Assembly (NCBI GenBank): GCA_021157895.1
Contig: JAGGVQ010000006.1
Location: 8,393-72,392 of the forward strand
Source: Dehalococcoidia bacterium
GTDB lineage: Bacteria > Chloroflexota > Dehalococcoidia > GIF9 > AB-539-J10
DNA length: 64,000 bases
Reading direction: 5' to 3'
The position numbers were made by a program, and so were the translations under genes. The notes beneath the pieces are model-generated. The model saw only the letters and a program-made list of their open reading frames with translations, had not been told where the DNA came from and did not search any database. This document shows positions 19,089-29,505 of the stretch, one piece after another (the first letter of the stretch is position 1; every line of letters starts with the position of its first letter).

Positions 19089-19691
19089 ATGTTCCGCCCG
19101 AGATCCTTGTTTATTGTTCTTTCTGGGCCTTCGGGTGTGGGGAAAGATGCTGTTCTGGCTAGGATGAAGCAACGGCAATATAAGTTTCGCTATATGATTA
19201 CTGCTACTACGCGGCCTCGGCGTAACGCTGAGAAGGATGGAGTGGAATACTACTTCTTATCACTCCATGAATTTCAGTCCATGATAGATAACGGACAGCT
19301 TCTGGAATGGGCTAACGTGTACGGCAATTATTATGGAGTGCCTAAGCAGCAAGCAGTGGATGCCTTAGCTGAGGGGGCCGATGTCGTGTTAAAAGTGGAT
19401 GTTCAGGGTGCGGCTACAATAAGAAAGATTATGCCTCAGGCGGTGTTGATATTTCTCTTACCTCCGTCCATGAAGGAGTTAAGGAGTCGGCTTGAGCAAC
19501 GACACAGCGAATCTCGGGAAGACATGTCACTCAGGTTGAGGAAGGTTCGTGAGGAAATGGAGAGACTCAGTATGTTTGATTATGCCATAGTTAATTATCA
19601 GGATAAGCTTGATCATGTTGTAGCTCAAATCCAGGCTATTGTCGTTGCTGAGAAATGCAAAGTGCAATCACAAGATGAGATAAAGTTGTGA
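19089..19691 (+). CDS. gmk: Guanylate kinase.
   Basis: P-loop GPSGVGKD and the gmk fold. Confidence 0.95.
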   Translation: MFRPRSLFIVLSGPSGVGKDAVLARMKQRQYKFRYMITATTRPRRNAEKDGVEYYFLSLHEFQSMIDNGQLLEWANVYGNYYGVPKQQAVDALAEGADVVLKVDVQGAATIRKIMPQAVLIFLLPPSMKELRSRLEQRHSESREDMSLRLRKVREEMERLSMFDYAIVNYQDKLDHVVAQIQAIVVAEKCKVQSQDEIKL

Positions 19692-19770
19692 ATCGCCAGC
19701 ATGTCTATTTTTTAAAGTCTGGAATGCACTCATAATTTGGCCTTCCCTTAATATTGAGCTGTTGGAGATG

Positions 19771-20274
19771 TCATAAAGATGGGTGGTGTTGGGGCTCAAA
19801 CATGGCGGTCAGCAGTTGATTTTCCCTAGCTCGCATCCTGGCCTCTTCTTCAGGTTGCTCGTGGTCATAGCCCAGCATGTGCAGTATACCGTGTATTATC
19901 AGCAGAGCAAGCTCGTTGTTCACGGGGTGCCCCTGTTCTTCAGCCTGTACCACTGCTTGAGGGTAGGAAATAACTACCTCCCCGAGGTGAAGCACACCGT
20001 CAGAGGGAAGAGCGAAAAAGGAATTATTCTCTCCTTGAGGTATCATATGGAAAGACAGTACATCTGTAGGCTCATCCACTCCTCGATAGGTATGATTGAG
20101 TTGTTGCACAGTATCGGCATCGGTGAATACCAGACTCATTTCACACGGTAATTTCACTCTCTCTGCTGAGAGAACGCTCTCCGCTACTTTCCTGGCCCAG
20201 CCTTCGTCAATGCACCCCTGGAGATCAGGCTCGACATAAATTGTAATCTCCTTTCTCATTCTTTCCCGCTCCAT
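19771..20274 (-). CDS. ybeY: Endoribonuclease YbeY.
   Basis: HGILHMLGYDH zinc-binding motif. The start may instead be the internal Met at 20259. Confidence 0.9.
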   Translation of the reverse strand: MERERMRKEITIYVEPDLQGCIDEGWARKVAESVLSAERVKLPCEMSLVFTDADTVQQLNHTYRGVDEPTDVLSFHMIPQGENNSFFALPSDGVLHLGEVVISYPQAVVQAEEQGHPVNNELALLIIHGILHMLGYDHEQPEEEARMRARENQLLTAMFEPQHHPSL

Positions 20275-20372
20275 GTGGTTATCAACGTTGATTTACCACA
20301 ACTATGTTCTGCGGATGTCTTAAGTGATGCATAGACTTCGAGTCACTAGCTATGTTACCATCACTACTTTAA

Positions 20373-20999
20373 ATGAGGCAAATCAGTGTAATCTCCTTTG
20401 ATGCTGATGGGACTTTGCTGGTGCCTGGTTTTGTTGAAGCTATATGGCATGAGGCTATTCCTGCGCTCTACTCTCAGAAAAACGGCGTGGAGCTAGCTCA
20501 AGCCAGGGAAATCATGAGCCGGGAGTATGCCTTGGTGGGTCCCCAGCGGCTAGAGTGGTATGACGTGAACTACTGGCTGAAACGTTTTGCTCTGGGGCCA
20601 GCTGATGGATTGATACAGGGGTGCCAGAACAGGATTGCCTATTATCCTGAAGTTCAGGATGTATTGATATCGTTAAGCACTGAGTATTCCTTGGTAGTGG
20701 CCTCGGCTGGTCCTACAGAGATGTTGGTGCCGGCGGTTGCGCCAATTCGACATTACTTTTCCCATGTATTTTCCTCTATCTCAGATTATGGCCAGTTGAA
20801 AAGTGCCGATTTCTATCGGGGAATATGCCAGACGATGAAGGTGGAGCCTGCTAGTGTGGTACATGTAGGCGATAGCTGGCAATTTGACTTCTTTACTCCT
20901 AAGCAGATTGGCATCAATGCTGTCTATCTTGACCGGGGTGGAAATGGTAATGACGGTAGCATTGCCAGTTTGCGGGAAATATTTTCATTTTTAGCATAG
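20373..20999 (+). CDS. HAD-family hydrolase.
   Basis: DADGTL motif I. Confidence 0.7.
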   Translation: MRQISVISFDADGTLLVPGFVEAIWHEAIPALYSQKNGVELAQAREIMSREYALVGPQRLEWYDVNYWLKRFALGPADGLIQGCQNRIAYYPEVQDVLISLSTEYSLVVASAGPTEMLVPAVAPIRHYFSHVFSSISDYGQLKSADFYRGICQTMKVEPASVVHVGDSWQFDFFTPKQIGINAVYLDRGGNGNDGSIASLREIFSFLA

Positions 21000-21001
21000 C
21001 T

Positions 21002-21889
21002 ATGGATGTTAACTGGGCACAAGTATTATTCAACTCGGCGATAACAGGGAGTCTGTATCTCCTTGGGGCAGTCGGGTTGACCCTGACTTATGGATTGTCT
21101 TCGTTTCCTAACTTCGCCCATGCTGAATTTATCACCCTGGGAGCGTTCCTTGGCTATACTATAGGGACGCAATTAGGATTGGGATTGCCCATAGCCCTTG
21201 TGGTTACTTTCTTTACTGCGGGGTTGGTGGGTTTGCTGTGTTATCGTGGGATATTCCAGCCGTTAGCCAAGAGAGGGGCGACCATCATTCACCTCATGGT
21301 AGCGTCCATCGCCTTGAGCTTTATCCTGAGATACTCGATGGGGGCTATATGGTCGTGGAAACCTTATTATTTCGCTTCCTCTTGGGCTGCCTTTGATGTC
21401 GGTCCGCTGAGAGTCACCGGTCTCTGGCTGTGGCTTATCGCTATTGCTGTAGGCTTAGCCATAGTCATGCACCTGGGACTGGTCAAGACCAGGATGGGGA
21501 AGGCTATCAGGGCAACCTCCAGTAATCCTGATCTTGCTTTAGCCTCAGGTATCAATATCAATAAGGTGATATTGATAACATGGTTTGTTGGCGCTGGCCT
21601 GGCTGCAGTTGCTGGCATCTTCCGTGGTGCCGATACCCAGATTTGGCCGTTAACAGGATGGGACATCATCTTGCCAATATTTGCGGTTACCATCCTTGGT
21701 GGCATCGGTAACTTTTATGGTGCCATTGCATCTGCATTTATTATCGGGCTGGCGGAGAATTTTGGTGTTGTGGGCCTGATGGCCTTAGGGCTTTCTACCT
21801 CATATCGTTTGGGCATATCCTTCGTGATATTGATTATTACATTGATTGTGAAACCGCAAGGACTGGCGATGTTCTTCAGGAGGGCTTAG
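21002..21889 (+). CDS. livH: Branched-chain amino-acid ABC transporter permease (LivH-like).
   Basis: LivH-type permease fold and operon context. Confidence 0.85.
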   Translation: MDVNWAQVLFNSAITGSLYLLGAVGLTLTYGLSSFPNFAHAEFITLGAFLGYTIGTQLGLGLPIALVVTFFTAGLVGLLCYRGIFQPLAKRGATIIHLMVASIALSFILRYSMGAIWSWKPYYFASSWAAFDVGPLRVTGLWLWLIAIAVGLAIVMHLGLVKTRMGKAIRATSSNPDLALASGININKVILITWFVGAGLAAVAGIFRGADTQIWPLTGWDIILPIFAVTILGGIGNFYGAIASAFIIGLAENFGVVGLMALGLSTSYRLGISFVILIITLIVKPQGLAMFFRRA

Positions 21890-21890
21890 C

Positions 21891-22835
21891 TTGGATTTAT
21901 TGCTTTATGGTCTTGACTTGCTGGTGTTCATCGGCATCTTTGGCATATTGGCTATATCTCTGAACTTGGAGTTTGGTTTTTCGGGCCTGGCTAACTTTGG
22001 TAAAGTTGCCTTTTTCCTTATTGGTGCTTATACCTATGCCTTGCTGTCCCAGATTGGTCTTCCCTTTTATCTCTGTCTTATTTCTGGGGCACTGGTTGCC
22101 GCTATCTTTGGCCTACTCATTTCCTTGCCGGCGCTGAGATTGCGCGCTGATTACCTGGCCATAGTAGTGCTTGCCTTTGGAGAGATACTAAGGTTGATTG
22201 TTAAATCTGAGGCTTGGCTCGCCGGGGGGGATTGGGGGCTGAGTGTGTCTCCAGCTATTTCTATAACTGGGGTTTCTCCCCGTGTTGATCTCCTGGTGAA
22301 CATAGCCCTGGTGTTTTCCTGCCTGCTTATTTGTTTTGTTGTCGCCCAATTGCTGTCCAATTCTCCCTATGGGCGTGTGATAAGAGCGATAAGGGAAGAT
22401 GAGGTTGCTGCTGAGGCCCTGGGGAAGAACAGGGCGAGGTATAAAGTCCAGATCTTTATGCTGGGCTCTGCTATGGCGGGGGTGGCTGGGGGGCTGTATG
22501 CTCAATATCTCCAGGCGATAGTGCCCATGCTATTTTTGCCCATAATCACGTTTACTATCTGGATAATGGTTCTTGTAGGGGGGCCAGCGAACAATTGGGG
22601 AGTGCTGGTGGGTGCTGCGCTGGTGGAGGTATTTGAGAGAGGGGCAAATATTGCCAAGGATTATATTGCCCTTCCCATTGATCCTAGTAACTTGCAATAT
22701 ATCCTGTTTGGTGTTTTAATCCTTCTGGTTTTATTTTATCGGCCTCAAGGGTTGTTTAAGGAAATCCCCATTAAGACCAGAGCTCTGGAGGCAGTTCGCC
22801 ATGCGAGAGAGCAGATCAAGGGTGAAGGGGGCTAG
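21891..22835 (+). CDS. livM: Branched-chain amino-acid ABC transporter permease (LivM-like).
   Basis: Permease fold, 2 nt after livH. Confidence 0.85.
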   Translation: MDLLLYGLDLLVFIGIFGILAISLNLEFGFSGLANFGKVAFFLIGAYTYALLSQIGLPFYLCLISGALVAAIFGLLISLPALRLRADYLAIVVLAFGEILRLIVKSEAWLAGGDWGLSVSPAISITGVSPRVDLLVNIALVFSCLLICFVVAQLLSNSPYGRVIRAIREDEVAAEALGKNRARYKVQIFMLGSAMAGVAGGLYAQYLQAIVPMLFLPIITFTIWIMVLVGGPANNWGVLVGAALVEVFERGANIAKDYIALPIDPSNLQYILFGVLILLVLFYRPQGLFKEIPIKTRALEAVRHAREQIKGEGG

Positions 22836-22977
22836 TAGAGTACTTGTTATGTTTTTCTCAGCTTGTTCCTTCCTGAAAATGTAGTTCAGTAAATGCTAAC
22901 TTTCGGGGGTTTGTTATTTAGCTTAAAGGTATAATATATTTCAACAGGTAATATATATCACTAAAAGAGAACTTATT

Positions 22978-23745
22978 ATGCCAGAAGAAGAATTGTTGAA
23001 AATAGAAGAGCTTAGCAAGCACTTTGGTGGTGTTTACGCGGTCAGCGGGGTGAGCCTAGATGTGAGGAAGGGGGGGATCTGGGGTTTGGTGGGCCCGAAT
23101 GGCAGTGGCAAGAGCACCCTATTCAATACTATCCTGGGTCTGTATCGACCGGATGGTGGCTGTATCTATTTCAATGGCAGGAAGATAAATAACCTGAGTT
23201 CCCATCAGATTTACGGATTGGGAATTGTCAATTCTTTTCAGGTGCCACGTTTGTTTTTTCAGATGAGTGTTATGGATAACATGCTGGTGGCGGCGCGAGG
23301 ACACCAGGGGGATGGACTGTTTAATAGCTTGTTCCTCAGGGGGGGATGGCAGAGCCAGGAAAGAGAATTGATTGACAGAGCCCTGGAGTTTATTGAACTG
23401 GTGGAGTTAGGGAAGATGGTTTTTGCCCTGGCAGGAGAGCTATCGGGAGGCCAGAGAAAGCTCCTGGAGCTGGCTCGAGGCCTCATGGCTAAGCCCAGAT
23501 TGTTGCTCCTGGACGAGCCTGCAGCGGGGGTTAATCCTGTGGTGGGAAAGAAAATATTTCAGAAGCTACAGACCTTATCTAAGAATGGCACAACTTTTTT
23601 TGTGGTTGAGCACCGACTGGAGATATTGTTCAATTTTGCCTCCTGGGTGTATGTCATGGATCGAGGGAAAATGGTGACTCAGGGACAGCCTGAGAAAATA
23701 GTTGATGATCCCGCCTTCTATCAGGCGTATCTGGGGGCAGAATAG
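22978..23745 (+). CDS. livG: ABC transporter ATP-binding protein (LivG-like).
   Basis: Walker A GPNGSGKST and the LSGGQ motif. A 142-bp gap with a TATAAT-like element precedes it. Confidence 0.9.
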   Translation: MPEEELLKIEELSKHFGGVYAVSGVSLDVRKGGIWGLVGPNGSGKSTLFNTILGLYRPDGGCIYFNGRKINNLSSHQIYGLGIVNSFQVPRLFFQMSVMDNMLVAARGHQGDGLFNSLFLRGGWQSQERELIDRALEFIELVELGKMVFALAGELSGGQRKLLELARGLMAKPRLLLLDEPAAGVNPVVGKKIFQKLQTLSKNGTTFFVVEHRLEILFNFASWVYVMDRGKMVTQGQPEKIVDDPAFYQAYLGAE

Positions 23746-24480
23746 GTGGACCCTCTCCTATTTGCTGAAGATATCCATGCCGGCTATGGCGATATAGTTA
23801 TTGTACATGATGTTTCGCTCAGGGTAGAGCCTGGGGAAATTGTGGCTGTTATTGGACCTAACGGAAGTGGCAAGTCCACTCTGCTCAAGAGCATACTCGG
23901 ATTTGTTAAGTTGTTTCAGGGCAAAGTTTCTTATTGTGGCGAGGAGATTACTGGCGTATCCTCGGATCGGATTGTTGGGCTTGGCATTGGTTATGTCCCA
24001 CAGGTAAATAATGTTTTCCCCAACCTGACCATTAGTGAAAATTTGGACATGGGAGCGTACCAGGTACGGGGCAGAGCTTCTGTCAAGGCGAGTATGGAGG
24101 AGATGTTTTCCTTATTTCCCGAGCTTGCGCTGAGAAAGCGTTCTTTGGCGGGAAACATGTCGGGGGGCGAAAGGCAAATGCTGGCTGTAGCCCGTGCTCT
24201 GATGGCCCGACCCAGGGTCATATTCCTGGATGAGCCCCTGGCATCCCTGTCTCCCAAGCCTGCCTCCATCATTCTGTCCAAGTTACAGGAGATAAAGCAG
24301 AGTGGTGTGGCCATGGTGATAGTGGAGCAGGATGTCACCAGAGTTTTGAGTGTTTCCCAGCGAGCTTATGTCTTGGTCAATGGTGCCATTGCCATGGAAG
24401 GGAACGCTGAGTCACTGTTCAAGGAAGAGTCAGCCAAGCAGCGATATTTAGGCCTGCATGCAAAAGCTGTTGACAAATAA
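23746..24480 (+). CDS. livF: ABC transporter ATP-binding protein (LivF-like).
   Basis: Walker A GPNGSGKST and the MSGGERQ motif. Confidence 0.9.
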   Translation: MDPLLFAEDIHAGYGDIVIVHDVSLRVEPGEIVAVIGPNGSGKSTLLKSILGFVKLFQGKVSYCGEEITGVSSDRIVGLGIGYVPQVNNVFPNLTISENLDMGAYQVRGRASVKASMEEMFSLFPELALRKRSLAGNMSGGERQMLAVARALMARPRVIFLDEPLASLSPKPASIILSKLQEIKQSGVAMVIVEQDVTRVLSVSQRAYVLVNGAIAMEGNAESLFKEESAKQRYLGLHAKAVDK

Positions 24481-24536
24481 TCATACCTGAGTGCACAATT
24501 CCCCCTAACTTTATTAAGACATTAAGGAGGTATGTT

Positions 24537-25718
24537 ATGTGGAAGAAGGTTGTTATGTTCCTGTCTCTTGTAGCCTTGGTTATCCCTGCAGTAGCCTGTG
24601 GTGAGCCAGCGGAGGCGGAGACCATCAAGATTGGTGTTGTACTGGACACCTCTGGTGATCTTGGTTCTATGGGAGTCAGAATAATGCAGGGCGCCGAGCT
24701 GGCTGCTGATGAGATTAATGCTGCGGGAGGGGTGTTGGGTAAGAACGTGGAATTAGTGGAGGAGGATGGTCAAACAGATCCGCGGAAAGGATTTGATCGT
24801 GTTAAGAAGCTGGTAGAGGTAGATGGGGTGCAGGTGGTTACTGGACCCATGATTACCGGGGCTTCACTGTTAGCCATTCCCTATGCGGAGACTCACCAGG
24901 TTCCGCTGATCAGCCCCTCGGCTACAGGTATTCCCCTTTCCAGTGTTGATGGCACGGAGTGGTTTTTCCGTACCTGCCTGCGCGATGATGTCCAGGGACA
25001 GGTGTTGGCCGACATTATCGTGGATAAGGGATACTCCAGATTTGCTGCCATAGTGCTGGATAACACTTATGGTAAGGGGCTGGAAGAGGCCATCATGGAT
25101 AGACTTGAGGCGGTTAACTGGACAGGAGAACAGGTTGCCTCGATACACTATGCGGGGGCTACTAAGGATTACCGCACGGAACTGCAGCAAATTAAGGATG
25201 CTGCCCCCGATGTGATATTCTGCTGTTCTTACTGTGATGACGGTATTTTAATCTTCAAGCAGGCTTCTCAATTAGGTTTGGATGATATTGCCTGGCTGGG
25301 CTGTGACGGCAACTATGGCTCGGGCCTTTTTGCTGACAACACTTCCGCGGCTTTCATGGAGAAGGCTCTTGTTGCTGGTACACGGACGGTTGGTTCGGGA
25401 TCAGCTTATGATAGCTTTGCTCCGGCATATAATGAAGCCTATGGAGAAGATCCTGAAGTCTATTGTGACACCATGTATGATGCTGTCTGGGCAGCGGCAA
25501 AGGCCATAGAGGCTGCGGGCACCTATGATGGTGAGGCCATCAGGGTTGCCTTGACTGAACTGGAGTTTGATGGAGCTACTGGGCCGATTAGCTTTAGCGA
25601 GATTGGTGACCGTAGTTCTGGCACCTGGGAGATTTGGGATGTTGTGAAGGATGCCAATACCACGTCCGGTTACAAGAACCATACTGTGGAGATAGTCACC
25701 TGGAGTGCGGAGGAATAA
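24537..25718 (+). CDS. ABC transporter substrate-binding lipoprotein (LivK/Leu-Ile-Val-binding family).
   Basis: Signal peptide with a lipobox (AVAC) and a type-I periplasmic binding fold. Confidence 0.8.
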   Translation: MWKKVVMFLSLVALVIPAVACGEPAEAETIKIGVVLDTSGDLGSMGVRIMQGAELAADEINAAGGVLGKNVELVEEDGQTDPRKGFDRVKKLVEVDGVQVVTGPMITGASLLAIPYAETHQVPLISPSATGIPLSSVDGTEWFFRTCLRDDVQGQVLADIIVDKGYSRFAAIVLDNTYGKGLEEAIMDRLEAVNWTGEQVASIHYAGATKDYRTELQQIKDAAPDVIFCCSYCDDGILIFKQASQLGLDDIAWLGCDGNYGSGLFADNTSAAFMEKALVAGTRTVGSGSAYDSFAPAYNEAYGEDPEVYCDTMYDAVWAAAKAIEAAGTYDGEAIRVALTELEFDGATGPISFSEIGDRSSGTWEIWDVVKDANTTSGYKNHTVEIVTWSAEE

Positions 25719-25746
25719 ACCAGGTTATTCTGGTAGATATTTAGCC

Positions 25747-25787
25747 AGCAGGATGCTACCATGTTCATGGTAGCATCCTGCTTTTTG
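25747..25787 (+). terminator. Rho-independent terminator of the liv operon.
   Basis: A 17-bp stem (agcaggatgctaccatg / catggtagcatcctgct) followed by TTTTT. Confidence 0.8.
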
Positions 25788-25816
25788 CATTATGGAGCTA
25801 CTGTCAGGAGGAGAAT

Positions 25817-26695
25817 ATGGAACAAACAGGTAGACTGGACAAGCTGAGAATTACGGTGTTAGCGGAGGATTCTGTTCCCTATGAAACTCCATACCTGGCC
25901 CAGCATGGTGTTTCCTTTCTCATAGAGGGAATCAGGGGTGATGTTATCAGGAGGGTTCTGTTTGATGTCGGGCAAAATTCACAGGCCTTACTCTACAACA
26001 TGAGGCTGTTAAATATTGTCCCGTCGACCATTGATGCCATTGTTCTCAGCCACTGTCATTATGACCACACTCAGGGAGTGGTGGATGTTCTCAAGGAGAT
26101 GGGCAAGAGTGATGTTCCAGTGATTGCCCACCAGGATTTATTTCGCCTGCACTTTCTTGTCAGGCCCTTTCTCAGGCACGTGGGGGTGATGCAGGGTGAT
26201 TCCCGGGAAAAGATAGAAAGCTCTGGGGGCACACTGTTTCTTACCAGTGACCCGTTAATGATCATGCCGGGCTTGTTAACTACCGGTGAGGTGAAGAGGC
26301 AGACTGACTTTGAAGAAGTGGGGATAGATTTGAAGACGATAGAGGATGGCCAGATCAAGGATGACCCTGTGCTTGATGATATCTCTCTGGTCGCTGATGT
26401 TAAGGACAAAGGCATTGTGGTCGTGACCTGTTGTGGACATGCCGGCATCATTAATATTACCCGGCAGGCCATGGAGTTAACGGAAGAGAGTAAAGTTGAA
26501 GCTATTATTGGCGGATTACACTTAATCGATGCCACTGAACCCAATTTGAAACGGACAGTGGAAGAGCTGACACAGTTGAATCCAGGGTGGATATGCGCTG
26601 GTCACTGTACGGGGTTCAAGGCGCAGGTTGAACTCTACCTGGCCTTTAAGGAGAGGTTCTCTCCCCTGCATGCTGGTTTAACCTTTGAGGTTTAA
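25817..26695 (+). CDS. MBL-fold metallo-hydrolase.
   Basis: HCHYDH motif and an AGGAGG ribosome-binding site. Confidence 0.7.
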   Translation: MEQTGRLDKLRITVLAEDSVPYETPYLAQHGVSFLIEGIRGDVIRRVLFDVGQNSQALLYNMRLLNIVPSTIDAIVLSHCHYDHTQGVVDVLKEMGKSDVPVIAHQDLFRLHFLVRPFLRHVGVMQGDSREKIESSGGTLFLTSDPLMIMPGLLTTGEVKRQTDFEEVGIDLKTIEDGQIKDDPVLDDISLVADVKDKGIVVVTCCGHAGIINITRQAMELTEESKVEAIIGGLHLIDATEPNLKRTVEELTQLNPGWICAGHCTGFKAQVELYLAFKERFSPLHAGLTFEV

Positions 26696-26751
26696 TTTAT
26701 CCGATGTTGTCCTGGAAAGGAAATTATACCTGGGTATCGTTTGCCGAGATA

Positions 26752-26780
26752 TTGACATTGTGTGTTCGTGTAGCTAATAT
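26752..26780 (+). promoter_or_regulatory. Sigma-70-like promoter upstream of plsX: TTGACA, a 17-nt spacer, then TAATAT.
   Basis: Both elements are visible in the sequence, about 75 nt upstream of the plsX start. Confidence 0.5.
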
Positions 26781-26853
26781 GTAATTTATATCGCTTGTAA
26801 CGTAATTTCACTCTGAGTGCTTGCTTGGAGTTTTTGATAAATAGACAGATATA

Positions 26854-27849
26854 ATGGATAAATCTGTAAAAGTAGCTCTGGATGCTATGGGAGGAGATTT
26901 TGCTCCCCGTGATATAGTTGAAGGAGCAGTTCGTGCAGCGTCTGGTGATGATGGCATTGAGATTATCTTGGTAGGGGCTGAGAGCCTTATCCGCAGTGAA
27001 CTGGCAAAATATGATGTCTCCGGGCTGCCTCTTTCCATAGTAAATGCCAGCCAGGCTGTTCGTGATGGTGAGCCCCCCGTGGCTGCGCTGCGTCACAAGC
27101 CAGATGCCTCCATTCTGGTGGCCATGCGTTTGGTAAAAGAAGGGCAGGCGGATGCCATGATAAGTATGGGTTCCACCGGGGCAGTTATGGTGAGTGCCAT
27201 TCAAATCTTGGGAAAACTGGAGGGCGTACAGCGTCCCACTGTGGGCACCAGTTTGCAAGACTTGGCTCCCGGTACGGTAATGTTTGACATGGGGGCGAAT
27301 TCTGATTGTAAGCCGCGTGATTTATTCAATTTTGCCATTATTGGCCATGCTTTCGCTCGCAAGATAATAGGCATCGAGCATCCTACAGTGGCTCTTCTCA
27401 GCAATGGGGCCGAGGAAGGTAAGGGCAATAAGGTAACGAAGGAAGCCTACCAGTTGTTCCAGAAAGGGAACTTCAACTTTATTGGCAATGTCGAGGGGGA
27501 TGATATCCCTAAAGGTAAGGCCAATGTCATTATCTGTGATGGCTTTGTTGGCAATATCATAACCAAGTTTTGTGAGGGCCTGGGGGATGTGCTTGGTGAG
27601 CGATTGCAGGTTAGCCTGGAAGGGCAGCTTGCCCCGGAAAAGATCAGTAAAATCACTGGTGAGCTGTTTAATTTAACCCATGTGCCTGATGTTGGTGGAG
27701 GGGGATTGATCTCTGGTGTCGATGGAGTGGTATGGATTGGTCATGGCCGTTCCCAAGCTCCGCAGTTAGCTGAGGCTATTCGCCAGGCGCGGCTTGCGGT
27801 AGAAACCAACTTTGTGCGGGAATTAAAGTCAGAACTAAGAACAGGATGA
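26854..27849 (+). CDS. plsX: Phosphate acyltransferase PlsX.
   Basis: N-terminal ALDAMGGDFAP motif and full length. Confidence 0.95.
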   Translation: MDKSVKVALDAMGGDFAPRDIVEGAVRAASGDDGIEIILVGAESLIRSELAKYDVSGLPLSIVNASQAVRDGEPPVAALRHKPDASILVAMRLVKEGQADAMISMGSTGAVMVSAIQILGKLEGVQRPTVGTSLQDLAPGTVMFDMGANSDCKPRDLFNFAIIGHAFARKIIGIEHPTVALLSNGAEEGKGNKVTKEAYQLFQKGNFNFIGNVEGDDIPKGKANVIICDGFVGNIITKFCEGLGDVLGERLQVSLEGQLAPEKISKITGELFNLTHVPDVGGGGLISGVDGVVWIGHGRSQAPQLAEAIRQARLAVETNFVRELKSELRTG

Positions 27850-28619
27850 AGGTTAGACTTTTAGGGGCCCATGGGATTGACTCGCGTGATACCAGGTTCA
27901 TGTCGGTATTGGTTGATGAGGTTATTGCCCTGGATGCCGGCTCTCTATCCTCCATGTTATCTTTTCCGCAACAGGAGAAAGTCAAAGCGGTTATGTTGAC
28001 TCACTCTCACGCGGATCATATCATGGGGCTTGCTGCCTTGTGCATGAGAGCCTTTGTTTCCCATGTTACGGTGGAAGTGTATGCCATTAAGGAAACCATC
28101 GATGCCCTGAAAGCCCATGTATTCAACGATGTTATCTCCCCCGATTTCACTGTAAGTCCTTCTCCTGAGTCTCCTGCTGTGAGATTTCACCAGGTGGAGG
28201 CCTACCAGCCACGGCGTATCGGTGATTATGAGGTTGCCGCCCTTCCAGTTCATCATTCCGTTCCTGCCGTGGGCTATCAGGTTACCTCAGCCAGCGGCAA
28301 GAGCGTGCTGTATACTGGAGATACTGGTCCCGGGCTAGCGCCTCGCTGGGACGATATCCACCCCGATATTATTATCTGTGATTGTGCTGCTCCCAATAGC
28401 TGGGATGCCGGGGCACTGCATGTGGGGCACATGACCCCGAACCTGCTCAGGCCAGAGTTGGTAGAATTTCGCCGACACAAGGGTTACCTTCCCCGAATAA
28501 TAGGGGTTCACATGGTTCCCTCGTGGCAAAAAGAGATTGAAAGGGATGTGTTTGAATTAGCGCGTGAAATAGAGGCTGATATAACGTTGGGATATGAGGG
28601 AATGGAGGTAGAAATCTAG
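27846..28619 (+). CDS. MBL-fold metallo-hydrolase (phosphodiesterase-like).
   Basis: HSHADH motif. Its ATGA start overlaps the plsX stop. Confidence 0.7.
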   Translation: MKVRLLGAHGIDSRDTRFMSVLVDEVIALDAGSLSSMLSFPQQEKVKAVMLTHSHADHIMGLAALCMRAFVSHVTVEVYAIKETIDALKAHVFNDVISPDFTVSPSPESPAVRFHQVEAYQPRRIGDYEVAALPVHHSVPAVGYQVTSASGKSVLYTGDTGPGLAPRWDDIHPDIIICDCAAPNSWDAGALHVGHMTPNLLRPELVEFRRHKGYLPRIIGVHMVPSWQKEIERDVFELAREIEADITLGYEGMEVEI

Positions 28620-28650
28620 TGGAAGAAAAATATGATATTGGAGAACTAAT

Positions 28651-29490
28651 ATGACCGTTGCGGTACTTGCTGATAGCTCCTGTGCGATAACACCCGATCT
28701 TCAGGAGAAATTTCATATGAAGATAGTGCCCCTGCACTTGATGTGGGACAAGGAAGAATATGCTGACTGGAGAGACATGACTCCGGACGAGTTTTATGCT
28801 CGTTTGAAGAAGGAAACCAAGAACTGGCCCACCAGCAGCGGCTCGGTTCAGGGCGAGTTCTATAATGCTATAGAGGAACTGCGGGGCAAGTTTGATGCTG
28901 CTGTTGTGATAACGCTTAGCCCCAATACTCCCTCAGCTGGCTATAGTTCGGCCTTGCGTGCGAAGGACATGATTGAGGATTTTCCTGTCGAGGTTGTTGA
29001 CAGCAATTTTGTTGCTACAGGAGCGGGACTGGTGGTCACTGCTGCCGGCAGGGTGGCTGCTTCTGGGGGGACCCTGGAAGAAGTGGTCCAGGCGGCCAGG
29101 AGCGTTATTCCCAGGGTAAATCTGTACTATAATGTGGGTTCCATTGAGTATTTTTTGAAAGGTGGCCGTGTTAGCAGTTCTGATGTTGGGAAGCATGAGG
29201 ACAGCTATATAATCGGCTCCAAGGATGGTAAGATTACTCCGCTGGAACATTACTCCACACGGGAGGAAGCGCGTCAGCGTATTAAGGAACTGGTGCGGGA
29301 AAAGGCTCGCCATGATACTCCGCTTCATGCGGCTGTGTTTCATGGCGCTGCGCGACAGGAAGCTGAAGAGCTTAAGGATTGGGTGGCATCTCAGTATAAT
29401 TGTCCTGAACTCTGGATTGGGGAACTTTCCCCGGTTGTGGCAATTCACATGAGTCCTGAGACTCTGGGCATTGGTTTTTACAACGAATAG
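28651..29490 (+). CDS. fakB: DegV-family fatty-acid-binding protein (FakB-like).
   Basis: DegV fold signature (AVLADSSCAITPDL...) and its position directly upstream of the DAK2-domain gene. Confidence 0.85.
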   Translation: MTVAVLADSSCAITPDLQEKFHMKIVPLHLMWDKEEYADWRDMTPDEFYARLKKETKNWPTSSGSVQGEFYNAIEELRGKFDAAVVITLSPNTPSAGYSSALRAKDMIEDFPVEVVDSNFVATGAGLVVTAAGRVAASGGTLEEVVQAARSVIPRVNLYYNVGSIEYFLKGGRVSSSDVGKHEDSYIIGSKDGKITPLEHYSTREEARQRIKELVREKARHDTPLHAAVFHGAARQEAEELKDWVASQYNCPELWIGELSPVVAIHMSPETLGIGFYNE

Positions 29491-29505
29491 AACAGGAGGC
29501 AGTTC

